Assembly (NCBI GenBank): GCA_963677435.1
Contig: OY781945.1
Span: forward strand, 640,001-704,000
Length of the DNA: 64,000 bases
DNA from: an uncultured Aliarcobacter sp.
GTDB taxonomy: Bacteria > Campylobacterota > Campylobacteria > Campylobacterales > Arcobacteraceae
Direction of reading: 5' to 3'
The notes below the pieces were generated by a model. That model was not told the origin of the DNA. It saw only the letters and a list, made by a program, of their open reading frames with translations, and did no database searches. Each line of letters starts with the position of its first letter. The first letter of the stretch is position 1. This document shows, piece after piece, positions 21,879 through 33,230 of this stretch. The position numbers and the translations under genes were made by a program.

Positions 21879-22190
21879 TTAGTTATTCAAGCTAACTATG
21901 CAATTTTTAAGTATATTTGGCTTTGAAATCTTGATTTTTAGTGTATCTATTTTGTAACTATTATATAGTAATGATTCAAGATGTAAAATTGCATCTTCTA
22001 AAAGTAAGAACTTTTCTTTTTTCATAGTTTCTTTTACAAGATTTGAAATATGAGAGTAGTCTATAAATAAATCTTTTGTATATTCATACTCAAAAGATAT
22101 ATTTATTATGACTTTTTGTTTTTTGATTCGTTCGAAATCTAATATTCCTATTATACATTTAAATGTTAAATCAGTAATTTCAATTTTCAT
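21879..22190 (-). CDS. folB: Dihydroneopterin aldolase
   Basis: IIGILDFERIKKQKV, IDYS, FLLLE, ISKP. Confidence 0.88.
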   Translation of the reverse strand: MKIEITDLTFKCIIGILDFERIKKQKVIINISFEYEYTKDLFIDYSHISNLVKETMKKEKFLLLEDAILHLESLLYNSYKIDTLKIKISKPNILKNCIVSLNN

Positions 22191-22218
22191 ATATTTAGTT
22201 TAAAGAAAAGAGTTATAT

Positions 22219-22842
22219 TTATATAACTTTCTTCTCTTCACCTTTTATAATTCTTACAATATTTGGAATATGTTTATAGATAATTATAAATGCAATTAAA
22301 TACATAGGAACATTTGAACCTACATTTAATCCATTATTTAAAAAACTTGCACTTATTATTACAGCAATTAATCCTAAAAGAGATGATAAAGATGAAATTT
22401 TTAGAACTTTTGCACAAAGAATCCAAACAAGAGCACCAATTAATGTTGGTATTGGAATTAGCACTAAATAAACTCCAAGTCCAGTTGCAACACCTTTCCC
22501 ACCTTCTAATCCTAAATAAATAGAATAACAGTGACCTAAAACAGCTAAAATTGCAATTCCCCAAAGTGTTGAATCACTAACACCATAATATAAAGCTACA
22601 ACTAACACAAGTGCACCTTTTAGGGCATCAAGTAATACAGTTGCAATTCCTAATTTTTTTGCTAATTTAGGATTTGTCTCTTTTACAACTCTTAGAACAT
22701 TTGTAGCTCCAATTGATTTACTTCCAGCAGTTGTAATATCAACTCCTGCAAATGTTTTTGCTAAGATAGAACCAAAAGGAATAGAACCTATTAAATAAGC
22801 TGCAAGAAAAAATAAAATATTTGTATTTGTGATAAAATCCAT
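22219..22842 (-). CDS. plsY: Glycerol-3-phosphate acyltransferase
   Basis: YLIGSIPFG, GSKSIGATNVLR, GHCYS, GGKGVAT, KHIPNI. Confidence 0.96.
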   Translation of the reverse strand: MDFITNTNILFFLAAYLIGSIPFGSILAKTFAGVDITTAGSKSIGATNVLRVVKETNPKLAKKLGIATVLLDALKGALVLVVALYYGVSDSTLWGIAILAVLGHCYSIYLGLEGGKGVATGLGVYLVLIPIPTLIGALVWILCAKVLKISSLSSLLGLIAVIISASFLNNGLNVGSNVPMYLIAFIIIYKHIPNIVRIIKGEEKKVI

Positions 22843-22931
22843 ATATTACCCTTGTATAAATTGTGTGATTAAATGAGATTATAACTAAAGTTTTGTTATA
22901 TTCACATTTAATAAAGATGTGAAGGTTTATT

Positions 22932-23921
22932 TTGAATTTAAAAGAAGAAATACTAAAATTAAAAGAAGAGTTAGATGTAACTCTTGTTGCACACTTTTAC
23001 CAAAGAGACGAGGTATTTGAATTAGCTGATATAACAGGTGATTCATTAGAACTTGCAAAAAAAGTAATGCTTACGGATTCACAGTTTGTGGTATTTTGTG
23101 GTGTTGGTTTTATGGGTGAGAGTGTAAAAGTTATGAGTCCAGAAAAAACAGTACTTATGCCAAAAATTGCATGTTGTGCAATGGCTAGAATGATTGATGA
23201 AGGATATTTTGAGCAAAATTTGAAAAAAATTAATGATGCTGGAATCCCTAATGAAAATATTTTACCAATTACCTATATAAATTCAAGTGCTGCTGTGAAA
23301 GCAAAAGTTGGGCAAATGGGTGGAATGGTTTGTACTTCATCAAATGCTTATAAAATCATTGAAAAAGGTTTAAAGTCTGGTAAAAAAATATTTTTTGTTC
23401 CAGATAGATGTTTAGGGCAAAATTTTGCAAAATCATTAAATCTGAAATCTGCAATTGTAGGTGATGGAAGTGATTTAAAAGAAGCAGATATTATCTGTTA
23501 TAATGGGTTTTGTTCAGTTCATCAACAATTTTCAGTAGAAGATATTGAATTTTATAGAAATAAATATCCAGATATTTTAATAGCAGTTCATCCTGAATGT
23601 GACCCAAGTGTTTGTGATAAGGCAGATTTTGTAGGTTCGACTTCTCAATTAATTACATATATAAAAGAGTTGCCAGTTGAGCAAAAAATTGCTGTTGGAA
23701 CGGAATTTAATATGGTAAATCGATTAAGACAAAAAAATACTTATATTTTAAGTTCTACAAAACCTGAATGTCCAACAATGAATGAGACAACACTTGAAGA
23801 TGTTTATAATACTTTGAAATCAATTAAAGATGATAATATATCAAAAGAGAATGAAATATTTGTATCAGCAGAAACTGCTAAATGGGCTAAAGTGGCTTTA
23901 GAAAGGATGTTTGAAGTATGA
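22932..23921 (+). CDS. nadA: Quinolinate synthase
   Basis: VAHFYQ, GDSLELA, FCGVGFMGE, YINSSA, CTSSNA, HPEC, CPTM. Confidence 0.96.
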   Translation: MNLKEEILKLKEELDVTLVAHFYQRDEVFELADITGDSLELAKKVMLTDSQFVVFCGVGFMGESVKVMSPEKTVLMPKIACCAMARMIDEGYFEQNLKKINDAGIPNENILPITYINSSAAVKAKVGQMGGMVCTSSNAYKIIEKGLKSGKKIFFVPDRCLGQNFAKSLNLKSAIVGDGSDLKEADIICYNGFCSVHQQFSVEDIEFYRNKYPDILIAVHPECDPSVCDKADFVGSTSQLITYIKELPVEQKIAVGTEFNMVNRLRQKNTYILSSTKPECPTMNETTLEDVYNTLKSIKDDNISKENEIFVSAETAKWAKVALERMFEV

Positions 23922-24739
23922 TTAATATCAAAAAGTTTGTGAAAAATGCCATTATTGAAGATAATGGAAGAGGGGATTTATTCTTCGATGTTGCTCCAAA
24001 AGGAAGATTTACGGCAAGAGCTGTTTGTAAATCAGATGGTATTTTAGCTGGTGTTCAATATGCAAAAGTACTAGCAAGAACAGAGAAATTTGATTGTAAA
24101 TTTCTAAAGAATGATGGTGATGAAATAAAAGCAGGTGATATTATTGCAGAACTTGAAGGTAAAGCTTCAATTTTATTATCATCTGAGAGAACTTTTTTAA
24201 ATATGCTTCAACATGCATCTGGAATTGCAACAATGGCAAATAAATATGCAAAACTTATGGAAGGCACAGGCGTAGTTTTACTAGATACTAGAAAAACAAG
24301 ACCACAACTTAGAGATTTTGAAAAATATGCTTCAAGAGTTGGTGGTGCTATAAATCATAGACTTGGACTTGATGATTGTTTAATGTTAAAAGATACTCAC
24401 TTAAGAACTATTGATAATCTTGAAGAGTTTGTAAAAAAAGCAAGAAAAAGAATTTCTTGGGTTACAAAAATAGAGATAGAGTGTGAAACATTAGATCAAG
24501 TAAAAGAAGCAATGCATGCAGGTGCTGATATTATTATGTGTGATAATATGACAATAGAACAGATAAAAGAAGTTGTTGTTTTTAGAAATGAAAATTATCC
24601 ACATATTTTATTGGAAGCAAGTGGAAATATTAATTTAGAAACTATTAGAAATTATGCTTCAACGGGTGTTGATGCTATTAGTAGTGGAAGTATAATTCAT
24701 CAAGCAACTTGGCTTGATTTTTCTATGAAGTTTGATTAG
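23918..24739 (+). CDS. nadC: Quinolinate phosphoribosyltransferase
   Basis: ERTFLN, DTRKT, NHRLGL, LKDTH, EASGNI. Confidence 0.96.
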   Translation: MINIKKFVKNAIIEDNGRGDLFFDVAPKGRFTARAVCKSDGILAGVQYAKVLARTEKFDCKFLKNDGDEIKAGDIIAELEGKASILLSSERTFLNMLQHASGIATMANKYAKLMEGTGVVLLDTRKTRPQLRDFEKYASRVGGAINHRLGLDDCLMLKDTHLRTIDNLEEFVKKARKRISWVTKIEIECETLDQVKEAMHAGADIIMCDNMTIEQIKEVVVFRNENYPHILLEASGNINLETIRNYASTGVDAISSGSIIHQATWLDFSMKFD

Positions 24740-24747
24740 GATTTGAT

Positions 24748-25734
24748 TTGAAAAAAGATTTTATAACTAGTAATAAAGTTGATATGTCAGAATATACAAA
24801 AGCATTAGAGCTTATTGAAAAAAGTAGATATATTTTAATAATTACTCATGTAAATCCAGATCCAGATTCTATTGGTTCAGCCTTAGCTTTATCAAATCTA
24901 TTTCATGAAAATAAAATAAAACACAAAGTGTTTAACATAAGTTCTGATTTACCTCAAAATCTTGATTTTATACCAAGATTTGAAAAAATAACTGATCAAT
25001 TACCTGCTTTTTTTGATTTAGCAATAAGTGTTGATTGTGGAACTTATAAAAGATTAGGTTTTGAACTTGATCCATCAATTCCACTTATTAATTTTGATCA
25101 TCATAAATCAAATAATAGTTTTGGAGCTGTAAATATTGTTGATTCTCAAAAAAGTTCAACTGCTGAATTAGTTTTTGAATTTTTCAAGCATAATGGTTTA
25201 TATATAACAAAAGATTCTGCAACAGCACTTTATGTTGGGATATATGATGATACTTTAGCATTTTCTCTAGGAAGATGTGATGAAATGACTTTTGAAAAGG
25301 TTAACTTTTTAGTAGAGTGTGGGGCAAGTCCTTCTGGAATTGCGAATCAACTTTTAAGAAGAGATTCTTTGGCAAAATATAGAATTATTCCAAAGGTTTT
25401 AGATAGTTTAGAATTATTTAAAGATGGAGAAGTTGCTTCTATTATTGCGAAAGAAGAGTGGTTTAAACAAACGGGTGCTCATAACAGAGATTGTGAAGAT
25501 GCCCTTGATATGATTATGAGTATGGCGATTGTAAAAACTGCAATATTTGTAAGAGTAGTTAATGGTGTCTCAAGGGTATCTTTAAGATCAAAGGGACAAA
25601 TTGATGTTTCTAATGTAGCCATGAAATTTGGTGGCGGTGGACATTTTAATGCATCTGGTTGTACATTAGAAATATTAGATGTTGACAAAGCAAAAGAAAT
25701 TGTATTAAAGGAAATTTTTGAAATTTACAAATAA
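24748..25734 (+). CDS. DHH/DHHA1 phosphoesterase (NrnA-like)
   Basis: HVNPDPDSIGS, VDCG, FDHH, SLRS, GGGGHFNASG. Confidence 0.9.
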   Translation: MKKDFITSNKVDMSEYTKALELIEKSRYILIITHVNPDPDSIGSALALSNLFHENKIKHKVFNISSDLPQNLDFIPRFEKITDQLPAFFDLAISVDCGTYKRLGFELDPSIPLINFDHHKSNNSFGAVNIVDSQKSSTAELVFEFFKHNGLYITKDSATALYVGIYDDTLAFSLGRCDEMTFEKVNFLVECGASPSGIANQLLRRDSLAKYRIIPKVLDSLELFKDGEVASIIAKEEWFKQTGAHNRDCEDALDMIMSMAIVKTAIFVRVVNGVSRVSLRSKGQIDVSNVAMKFGGGGHFNASGCTLEILDVDKAKEIVLKEIFEIYK

Positions 25735-27097
25735 TAAAAACGGAAAAGTATTTTGGATTTTTATAATCCTTCTTGTTGTAGTTATGGCTTTAGTAGCCTT
25801 TTTATTTTTATCTCCAACTTTTGAAAGAGTTGCACCTAAAATATCAATTGACAAAGAGATTTATTGGAATCTACAAAAACCAATAAAAGTTGATATCTCA
25901 GATAATAATGATATAAAAACATATGATATTACATATGATGATGGGCAAAAACAAACAAAATTAGAGACAAAAGTTACTAAAAACGAAAAAGGTCTAATTG
26001 AATTAGAAATTTTGCCTCCTTCTTTTAATGAAATGTACAAACCAAAAGATGGAACAATTAAAATTGATGTTTATGATGCAAGTAAATGGAATTTCTTTAG
26101 AGGAAATCAAGCAGTAAGTAGTTCAAAAGTAATTATTGATAAAAAAAGTCCAGTTGCAAATGTAATTACAAACTCATATTTATTAAGACAAGGTGGAAGT
26201 GGTGTTGTAATTGTGGAAGTTTCAGATGAAAATTTAAAAGATTTTTATATTTCATTTAATGATGAAGAATTATTTGAACTTTTCCCTTTTTATAAAAAAA
26301 ATTATTATATAGCAATTATTACTTGGCCTGTAAAAATAAAAGAGTTTAGTAGAGTAAATTTAGTAGCTGTTGATATGGCAGGAAATAAAAGTGTTGCAAA
26401 AGTTCCATTTTATATTAAAAGTTTTCAAGAAAAAGATGATGATATAAAAGTATCAGATGATTTTATTCAAAATGTTGCTAAACAAGTATTAGAAAAAAGT
26501 GATGTAAATATTCCAACAGATCCTATAGATATTTTCTTAAAAACAAATAAAGAAGTTAGAGAAAAAAATATTAAAACTATAAGAGATGTCGTAAGAAAAA
26601 ACTTCTCAAATAATTTAGTTACATCATATGACTTAAAAACATTTTTAAGATTAGAAAATTCTGCAACAGTTGCTGGTTATGGAGAAAGAAGAAGTTATTT
26701 TTATAATGATCAAAAAGTTGATGAAGAGTGGCATTTAGGAATGGATTGGGCAAGTGTTAAAAGAGCACCAATTAAAACTTATAATGATGGTAAAGTAATA
26801 TTCAAAAACTATCTAGGTATTTATGGAAATTCAATAATAATAGATCATGGAATTGGACTGGCTAGTCTTTATGCACATACTAGTAGTTCAAATGTTGAAT
26901 TAAATGATGAAGTTAAAGCTGGACAACAAATAGCAAATACGGGATCAACTGGAGCTGTATTTGGAGACCATTTACACTTTGGAATGTTGGTTCAAGGAAT
27001 AGAAGTAAACCCTAATGAATGGCAAACAAAAGATTGGATAAGTACAAATGTAACTAAAACAATTAATGATGCTGTGAAAGTGATTAATACTAAATGA
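25718..27097 (+). CDS. M23-family metallopeptidase
   Basis: N-terminal TM; HLGMD, SLYAH, GDHLHFG. Confidence 0.9.
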   Translation: MKFTNNKNGKVFWIFIILLVVVMALVAFLFLSPTFERVAPKISIDKEIYWNLQKPIKVDISDNNDIKTYDITYDDGQKQTKLETKVTKNEKGLIELEILPPSFNEMYKPKDGTIKIDVYDASKWNFFRGNQAVSSSKVIIDKKSPVANVITNSYLLRQGGSGVVIVEVSDENLKDFYISFNDEELFELFPFYKKNYYIAIITWPVKIKEFSRVNLVAVDMAGNKSVAKVPFYIKSFQEKDDDIKVSDDFIQNVAKQVLEKSDVNIPTDPIDIFLKTNKEVREKNIKTIRDVVRKNFSNNLVTSYDLKTFLRLENSATVAGYGERRSYFYNDQKVDEEWHLGMDWASVKRAPIKTYNDGKVIFKNYLGIYGNSIIIDHGIGLASLYAHTSSSNVELNDEVKAGQQIANTGSTGAVFGDHLHFGMLVQGIEVNPNEWQTKDWISTNVTKTINDAVKVINTK

Positions 27098-27999
27098 AAC
27101 AAAGAACAATAGCAAAAAGTACTGAAATAGTTGGAATTGGACTACATAAAGGCGTGCCTGTAAAAATGAGACTTGAACCACTAGAAAGTGACATGGGAAT
27201 AGTTTTTTATAGAGTTGATGCAGGTGTTACAATCCCTTTAAAAAAAGAGTATGTAGTTGATACTAAAATGGCAACAGTAATTGGTAAAGATGGGGTAGTT
27301 GTTTCAACAATTGAGCATTTATTATCTGCACTTTATGCCTATGGAATTGATAATTTAAGAATTGTTATAGATAATGATGAAGTTCCTGTTCTTGATGGAA
27401 GTTCTGCTGGATATTGTATGTTAATTGAAGAAGCAGGAATAAAAGAGCTTGATAAATCAAAAAAAGCAATTAAAATTAAAAAGATGGTAGAAGTTACAAC
27501 TCCTGAGGGAAAAAGAGTTTGTTTGAAACCATCAAATAGAATTGTTTATGATTTTGAGATTACTTTTGATCATCCAGCAATTGGAAAACAAAATTTCCAT
27601 TTTGATTATTCAATTGCTGAATATAAAGAAAACATAAGTCGAGCAAGAACATTTGGTTTTTTACATGAAGTTCAATATTTAAGAAGTATAGGATTAGCCC
27701 AAGGTGGTTCTATGGAAAATGCTATTGTTCTTGATCAAACTAAAGTTTTGAATCCTGAAGGTTTAAGATTTGATGATGAATTCGTAAGACATAAAATCCT
27801 AGATGCAATTGGTGATATGGCTTTACTTGAATATACAATGGTAGGTGAATATGATGCAATTGCAGGAAGTCACCATTTAAATCACTTATTAACTAAAAAA
27901 CTTTTTGAAAGTGCTGATAACTATGAAATTATAGATTTAGAAGAAGCAAGTAGTGAAGCAATTGTATTTGAACTTGCTTATGCAAATGCACAAAATTAA
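27094..27999 (+). CDS. lpxC: UDP-3-O-acyl-GlcNAc deacetylase
   Basis: KQRTI, STIEHLLSAL, ARTFGF, RHKILDAIGD. Confidence 0.97.
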   Translation: MKQRTIAKSTEIVGIGLHKGVPVKMRLEPLESDMGIVFYRVDAGVTIPLKKEYVVDTKMATVIGKDGVVVSTIEHLLSALYAYGIDNLRIVIDNDEVPVLDGSSAGYCMLIEEAGIKELDKSKKAIKIKKMVEVTTPEGKRVCLKPSNRIVYDFEITFDHPAIGKQNFHFDYSIAEYKENISRARTFGFLHEVQYLRSIGLAQGGSMENAIVLDQTKVLNPEGLRFDDEFVRHKILDAIGDMALLEYTMVGEYDAIAGSHHLNHLLTKKLFESADNYEIIDLEEASSEAIVFELAYANAQN

Positions 28000-28007
28000 G
28001 GTTAAAA

Positions 28008-28460
28008 TTGATTGAAGTTTTAGTAATTACTATTTCTAATCCTTTATTGATTGGAATTTATGAGAATAAGAAATTAATAAAAGAGCATAAACTTGATGGT
28101 AAAACATCTGATTTACTACCAAGTTTATTTGAAGAACTTATAGCAGAATATAATATAAATAAAATAATTTATGTTAATTCTCCGGGGTCATTTATGGCAA
28201 TTAAAGTTGCTTATATATTTTTAAAAACAATTAGCATTACAAAAAATATTAAATTAGAAGCCTGCGATGGTTTTGAGTTTAATCAAAATTCTGCAATAAA
28301 AGCTTTAGGTAAAAAATACTTTATAAAAGTAAATAACAAAATTAAAGTAGACTTTTTAGAAAAAGATAGTATAATCCACGACTTTAAATTACCTATGTGT
28401 ATAGAAAAATATAAATTTAATGAAGAAACACTGCCGATATATAATTTACCAGCTGTTTAA
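28008..28460 (+). CDS. tsaB: Short TsaB-like protein (t6A pathway)
   Basis: [12 protein letters not shown] resembles TsaB GPGSFTG.R; lpxC-tsaB-thrB context. Confidence 0.65.
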   Translation: MIEVLVITISNPLLIGIYENKKLIKEHKLDGKTSDLLPSLFEELIAEYNINKIIYVNSPGSFMAIKVAYIFLKTISITKNIKLEACDGFEFNQNSAIKALGKKYFIKVNNKIKVDFLEKDSIIHDFKLPMCIEKYKFNEETLPIYNLPAV

Positions 28461-28471
28461 GAAGGAAATGG

Positions 28472-29353
28472 ATGAAAGTAAGCGTTCCAGCTACTAGTGC
28501 AAATTTAGGCCCAGGTTTTGATTGCTTAGGTCTAGCAATATCTATGAAAAACCAAGTAATTATCAGACCATCAAAATTTCATAGTGTATCTTTAAAAGGT
28601 GAGGGTGCTAATAATCCTGCTTTGAAAGATAATAATATGTTTATATCAATCTTCAATGATTTTTATCACAATTTATCATATAAAAAAAGACATTTTAGAT
28701 TTGAATTTCAAAATGAAATTCCATTATCTAGAGGATTAGGTAGCTCATCAGCTGTTATTGTTTCTGCAATTGCAAGTGCTTATGCAATTGAAGGTATAAA
28801 ACTTGAAAAAGATAAATTATTGAATTTAGCCTTAGCCTATGAGAATCATCCTGATAATATTACACCAGCTGTTATGGGTGGATTTAATGTAGCTTGTGTT
28901 CAAGAAAATGAGGTTAGATATATTCATAAAGATATACCAAAAAGTTTAAAAGCAGTTGTTGTTGTACCAAATAGAGCAATTTCAACTCAACTTTCGAGAA
29001 AAACTCTACCTTTTAAATATTCAAAAGAAGATACCGTTTTTAATATTTCACATTCATCTTTATTAACAGCTGCTTTTATGGCAGAAGATTGGGAAATGTT
29101 GAAAAATGCTTCACATGATCAAGTTCATCAGAAATATAGAATGAAACAGATGCCTGAACTTTTTGATGTACAAAAAACTGCATTGAAAGAAGGTGCTTTA
29201 ATGAGTACTTTATCTGGTTCGGGTTCAACATTATTTTCAATGGCATATGCTGATGATAGTAAAAATCTAGAAAAAGCTTTAAAGCTTAGATTTCCTCATT
29301 TTAAAGTGTTTGTAGCCGATTTTGATAATGTCGGTGTGAGAATAGAAATTTGA
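28472..29353 (+). CDS. thrB: Homoserine kinase
   Basis: [35 protein letters not shown]. Confidence 0.97.
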   Translation: MKVSVPATSANLGPGFDCLGLAISMKNQVIIRPSKFHSVSLKGEGANNPALKDNNMFISIFNDFYHNLSYKKRHFRFEFQNEIPLSRGLGSSSAVIVSAIASAYAIEGIKLEKDKLLNLALAYENHPDNITPAVMGGFNVACVQENEVRYIHKDIPKSLKAVVVVPNRAISTQLSRKTLPFKYSKEDTVFNISHSSLLTAAFMAEDWEMLKNASHDQVHQKYRMKQMPELFDVQKTALKEGALMSTLSGSGSTLFSMAYADDSKNLEKALKLRFPHFKVFVADFDNVGVRIEI

Positions 29354-29389
29354 AAATCTTTGATATTAAGTATATTTTAGGTATAATAT

Positions 29390-29665
29390 TTGCCTAGTTT
29401 AAAAAAGACCTTAAGAACTTGTGTCGTTTGCAGAGGCAAATTTGAACAAAAAGAGTTATTAAGACTAAAATGTGAAGAGAAGAAATTATTGTTTTACAAT
29501 AATTATGGTAGAAGTTTTTATATTTGTGGAGAGTGCGAAAAACATTTGCAAACGGATATAAACGGAAAAGATTATAAAAAAATCGAAAAATCACTCTGTA
29601 GAGAGTGTAAAAATAAAGATAAGTATGTCACACAACTTAAGGAGATGCTAACAGATGTCAGATAA
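29390..29665 (+). CDS. YlxR/DUF448 family RNA-binding protein
   Basis: RTCVVCR, ELLRL, GRSFYIC; upstream of infB; TTG start. Confidence 0.85.
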   Translation: MPSLKKTLRTCVVCRGKFEQKELLRLKCEEKKLLFYNNYGRSFYICGECEKHLQTDINGKDYKKIEKSLCRECKNKDKYVTQLKEMLTDVR

Positions 29666-32348
29666 AGTAAGAGTATATGAAATTGCAGAAGAAGCGGGAG
29701 CAAGTAGCCAAGATGTAATTGCGAAAGCTAAAGATTTAGGAATAGAACTAAAATCACCGCAAAGTGCAGTATCATATGAAGATGCTGAAGAAATCACAAA
29801 GTATATCATGACTGGAAACAGTTCAAGATTACCTAGTAAGCCAGCATCAAAAGCAAAAAAAGTTATTGAAAATAAGATTCCAGAAATTAGCGAAGAAGTA
29901 AAAGAAGTAAAAGTAGAATTAGAAAAAACTGAAGTTATTGAAAAAAAAGAGACTGAAGTTATAAAAAAACCTGAATTAAAAAAAGTTGTAATTTCTAAAC
30001 CTATTTCAAAACCTGCTTTAAAAACTCAAGAAGAATTAGACAAACCTGAAGTTAATCCTGATAATGCTAACAAAATAGTACCTAAAAGAAGAGGTCTTGT
30101 TATTGTTAAAAAGAATAAGCCTAAAAAAGAAGAACCAATAGCTAAACCATTTGAGGCTGAAATTCAACCTAAAAAACAAATGAAATCACTAAGTGAAATT
30201 CTTGGATCTAATGATGAAGATGATAAATCAACTGGCGATAATAATTTAAATGATGAACAAAGAAGAATAAATAGAATTAAAAAAGAGAAAAAGAAAACTA
30301 TTGTAAGAGCTCAAGATCATGGTAAAAAACTCGATGTTAATAGAACTTATACAGATGATTTTGTAAGTTCAGATGATTCTTTACTTGGAGAAGAAGTTGT
30401 TCTTCTTGATATGGATTTAGGAGATGGTTTTAAAATTTTTGATGAGCCAAAACCTCAAAATCCTGCAAAACAATCTAGATCTTCAAGACCAGCTGCATTT
30501 GGAAATGCACCACAAGGTTTAAAAAGAGGAAAAAGAAAGAAAAGAATTGCAAGAACTCAAGAATTAGTTGAAATTACTGAAGTTACAATTCCAGAAGATA
30601 TTAGAGTTTATGAATTTGCAGAAGCTTGTGGTAAATCACCTGCTGAAGTGATTACTGTATTATTTTCATTAGGAATGATGGTTACTAAAAATGACTTCTT
30701 AAAACAAGATGAATTAGAAATTCTTGGAGAAGAGTTTGGAATTGAAGTAACAGTAAGAGATGCTTTAGAAGATGTAAATTATGTTGGTGATTATAATGAT
30801 GGTGAAGAAGATATTGATGATTCATCATTTGTTACTAGACCACCTGTTGTTACTATTATGGGACATGTTGATCATGGTAAAACATCATTATTAGATAAAA
30901 TAAGATCTTCAAAAATTGCATCTGGTGAAGCTGGTGGAATTACGCAACATATCTCTTCTTATACAGTAGAAAAAAATGGACAAAAAATCACATTTGTTGA
31001 TACTCCAGGACATGCTGCTTTCTCTGCTATGAGATCAAGAGGAACTGCGATTACTGATATTGTTATTATTGTTGTTGCTGCTGATGATGGTGTTAAGCCA
31101 CAAACTGAAGAAGTTATTGCTCATGCAAAAGCTAGTGGTTGTCCTATTATTATTGCAATGAATAAAATAGATAAAGAAACTGCTAATATTGATATGGTAA
31201 AAGCTCAAATGGCTGAAAAAGGTATGACACCTGTTGATTGGGGTGGAGAAACTGAATTTATCGGTGTATCTGCAAAAACAGGTGCAGGAATTGAAGAGTT
31301 ACTAGAAAATATTTTAATTCAATCAGAACTTCTTGAACTTAAAGCTGATCCAACTGCAAAAGCTAAGGCTGCTGTTATTGAGTCTTCTTTAGAAAAAGGA
31401 AGAGGGCCAGTTGCTACTATTATTGTTCAAAATGGTACTTTAAGAATTGGTGATAATATTGTTTGTGATACTACTTTTGGTAGAGTAAAAGCAATTACAG
31501 ATGATAATGGTAAGCCAGTTAAAGAACTTGGACTATCTGAAACAGGTACTGTTTTAGGTTTAAATGATGTTCCTACAACAGGATCTGTAATGGTTGTTAT
31601 GGATACAGATAAAGAAGCTAGAGATATCGCTACAACTAGAGCTGAGCATGCGCGTGCTAAAGAGTTATCTAAATCTACAAAAGTTTCATTAGAAGAGATG
31701 AGTGGATTAATCGCTGAAGGTAAAATTAAACAACTTCCTGTAATTATTAAAACAGATGTTGGTGGTTCACTTGAAGCTATTAAAGGTTCATTAGAAAAAA
31801 TTGCTAATGATGAAGTAAAAGTAAAAGTAATTCATGCAGCAGTTGGTGGAATTACAGAGTCTGATTTAGTTCTTGCTGGTGCATCTGAAGGATGTATTAT
31901 TTTAGGATTTAATGTAAGACCTACAGGTTCAGTTAAAGCAAAAGCAAAAGCAGATGGTGTTTCAATTAACACATATTCAATTATTTATGATTTAATTGAT
32001 GATGTTAAAGATGCATTATCAGGAATGATGAGTGCAGTAATTAGAGAAGAAAATACTGGTCAAGCAGAAGTTAGAGATACTTTCGTTGTTCCAAAAGTTG
32101 GAACAGTTGCAGGATGTTTAGTAACAGATGGAAAAGTAATCAGAGGTGGACATGCTAGAATCATTAGAGATGGTGTTGTTACTTATACAGGTAAAATTTC
32201 ATCATTAAAAAGATTTAAAGATGATGCTAAAGAAGTTGCTAATGGTTATGAGTGTGGTATTATGTTTGATAAATTTAATGATATTAAAGTTGGAGATTTC
32301 ATCGAAACATTTATTCAAATTGAAGAAAAAGTATCAGTAGATAACTAA
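29655..32348 (+). CDS. infB: Translation initiation factor IF-2
   Basis: RPPVVTIMGHVDHGKTSLLD, DTPGH, NKID. Confidence 0.98.
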   Translation: MSDKVRVYEIAEEAGASSQDVIAKAKDLGIELKSPQSAVSYEDAEEITKYIMTGNSSRLPSKPASKAKKVIENKIPEISEEVKEVKVELEKTEVIEKKETEVIKKPELKKVVISKPISKPALKTQEELDKPEVNPDNANKIVPKRRGLVIVKKNKPKKEEPIAKPFEAEIQPKKQMKSLSEILGSNDEDDKSTGDNNLNDEQRRINRIKKEKKKTIVRAQDHGKKLDVNRTYTDDFVSSDDSLLGEEVVLLDMDLGDGFKIFDEPKPQNPAKQSRSSRPAAFGNAPQGLKRGKRKKRIARTQELVEITEVTIPEDIRVYEFAEACGKSPAEVITVLFSLGMMVTKNDFLKQDELEILGEEFGIEVTVRDALEDVNYVGDYNDGEEDIDDSSFVTRPPVVTIMGHVDHGKTSLLDKIRSSKIASGEAGGITQHISSYTVEKNGQKITFVDTPGHAAFSAMRSRGTAITDIVIIVVAADDGVKPQTEEVIAHAKASGCPIIIAMNKIDKETANIDMVKAQMAEKGMTPVDWGGETEFIGVSAKTGAGIEELLENILIQSELLELKADPTAKAKAAVIESSLEKGRGPVATIIVQNGTLRIGDNIVCDTTFGRVKAITDDNGKPVKELGLSETGTVLGLNDVPTTGSVMVVMDTDKEARDIATTRAEHARAKELSKSTKVSLEEMSGLIAEGKIKQLPVIIKTDVGGSLEAIKGSLEKIANDEVKVKVIHAAVGGITESDLVLAGASEGCIILGFNVRPTGSVKAKAKADGVSINTYSIIYDLIDDVKDALSGMMSAVIREENTGQAEVRDTFVVPKVGTVAGCLVTDGKVIRGGHARIIRDGVVTYTGKISSLKRFKDDAKEVANGYECGIMFDKFNDIKVGDFIETFIQIEEKVSVDN

Positions 32349-32350
32349 GA

Positions 32351-32710
32351 ATGAAAAGTATTAATCTACAAAGAACAGAATCATTATTAATGGAGTTAAT
32401 TCCAGAAGCTTTATCAAATTTAGCTGATAGTAGAATTAACTCTTTACCAATTACAGCAGTTAACTGTAAAAATGGTAAATATGATGCCATTGTTTATTTT
32501 GATGGTTCTGATTATGATAAAAACGAATTAAAAGAGATAATATCTCTTTTAAATAAAGCAAATGGAAGATTAAAAACACATATATTAGCAAGTACAGGTT
32601 GGTATAAGTGTCCTAACTTTACATTTTTAAATGATACATCATTAGAAAAATCAAAAAATATTGAAGCATTATTTGCTCAAATTAGAAAAACAAAAAGTGA
32701 AGAAGAATGA
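32351..32710 (+). CDS. rbfA: Ribosome-binding factor A
   Basis: [16 protein letters not shown]; follows infB. Confidence 0.9.
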   Translation: MKSINLQRTESLLMELIPEALSNLADSRINSLPITAVNCKNGKYDAIVYFDGSDYDKNELKEIISLLNKANGRLKTHILASTGWYKCPNFTFLNDTSLEKSKNIEALFAQIRKTKSEEE

Positions 32711-33135
32711 GTTTAGAAGAATCAATAAAATTAGCTGTTGAGAGTTTAGGTGCTAAACTTTATGATATTGTAAATGCAAAAGAGCATGATAGAAATATCT
32801 TTAGAGTTTTAGTAACTGCTGAAAATGGTATTAGCTTAGATAAATGTGCGGAAATTTCAAGAATGATTTCACCTATATTGGATGTTGATGAACCAATGGG
32901 TGGAGAATATATTCTAGAAGTTAGCTCTCCTGGAATTGAGAGAAAACTTAGAAGAAAAGAACATTTCCTTGCATCAGTTGGTGAAAAAGTTAAAATTAAA
33001 AATTTTGCAACTGAAGTATTCAAAGGTGAATTAATTTTCGCTGATAATGAAAAAATTATTGTTAAAACAGAATTTGGTGATGATGAAATCACATATGATA
33101 ATATTTTAGCAGCAGCAACTTACTACGAGTGGTAA
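32707..33135 (+). CDS. rimP: Ribosome maturation factor RimP
   Basis: [23 protein letters not shown]. Confidence 0.95.
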   Translation: MSLEESIKLAVESLGAKLYDIVNAKEHDRNIFRVLVTAENGISLDKCAEISRMISPILDVDEPMGGEYILEVSSPGIERKLRRKEHFLASVGEKVKIKNFATEVFKGELIFADNEKIIVKTEFGDDEITYDNILAAATYYEW

Positions 33136-33136
33136 T

Positions 33137-33164
33137 AAAACAATAGAAACTTCTATTGTTTTTT
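33137..33164 (+). terminator. Intrinsic terminator after rimP
   Basis: AAAACAATAGAA-ac-TTCTATTGTTTT plus T-run. Confidence 0.8.
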
Positions 33165-33230
33165 AACGCTAATTAAAACTACTTAATATATACTACCCTT
33201 AAAAATTTATACAAAAAAGCGAATATTATA

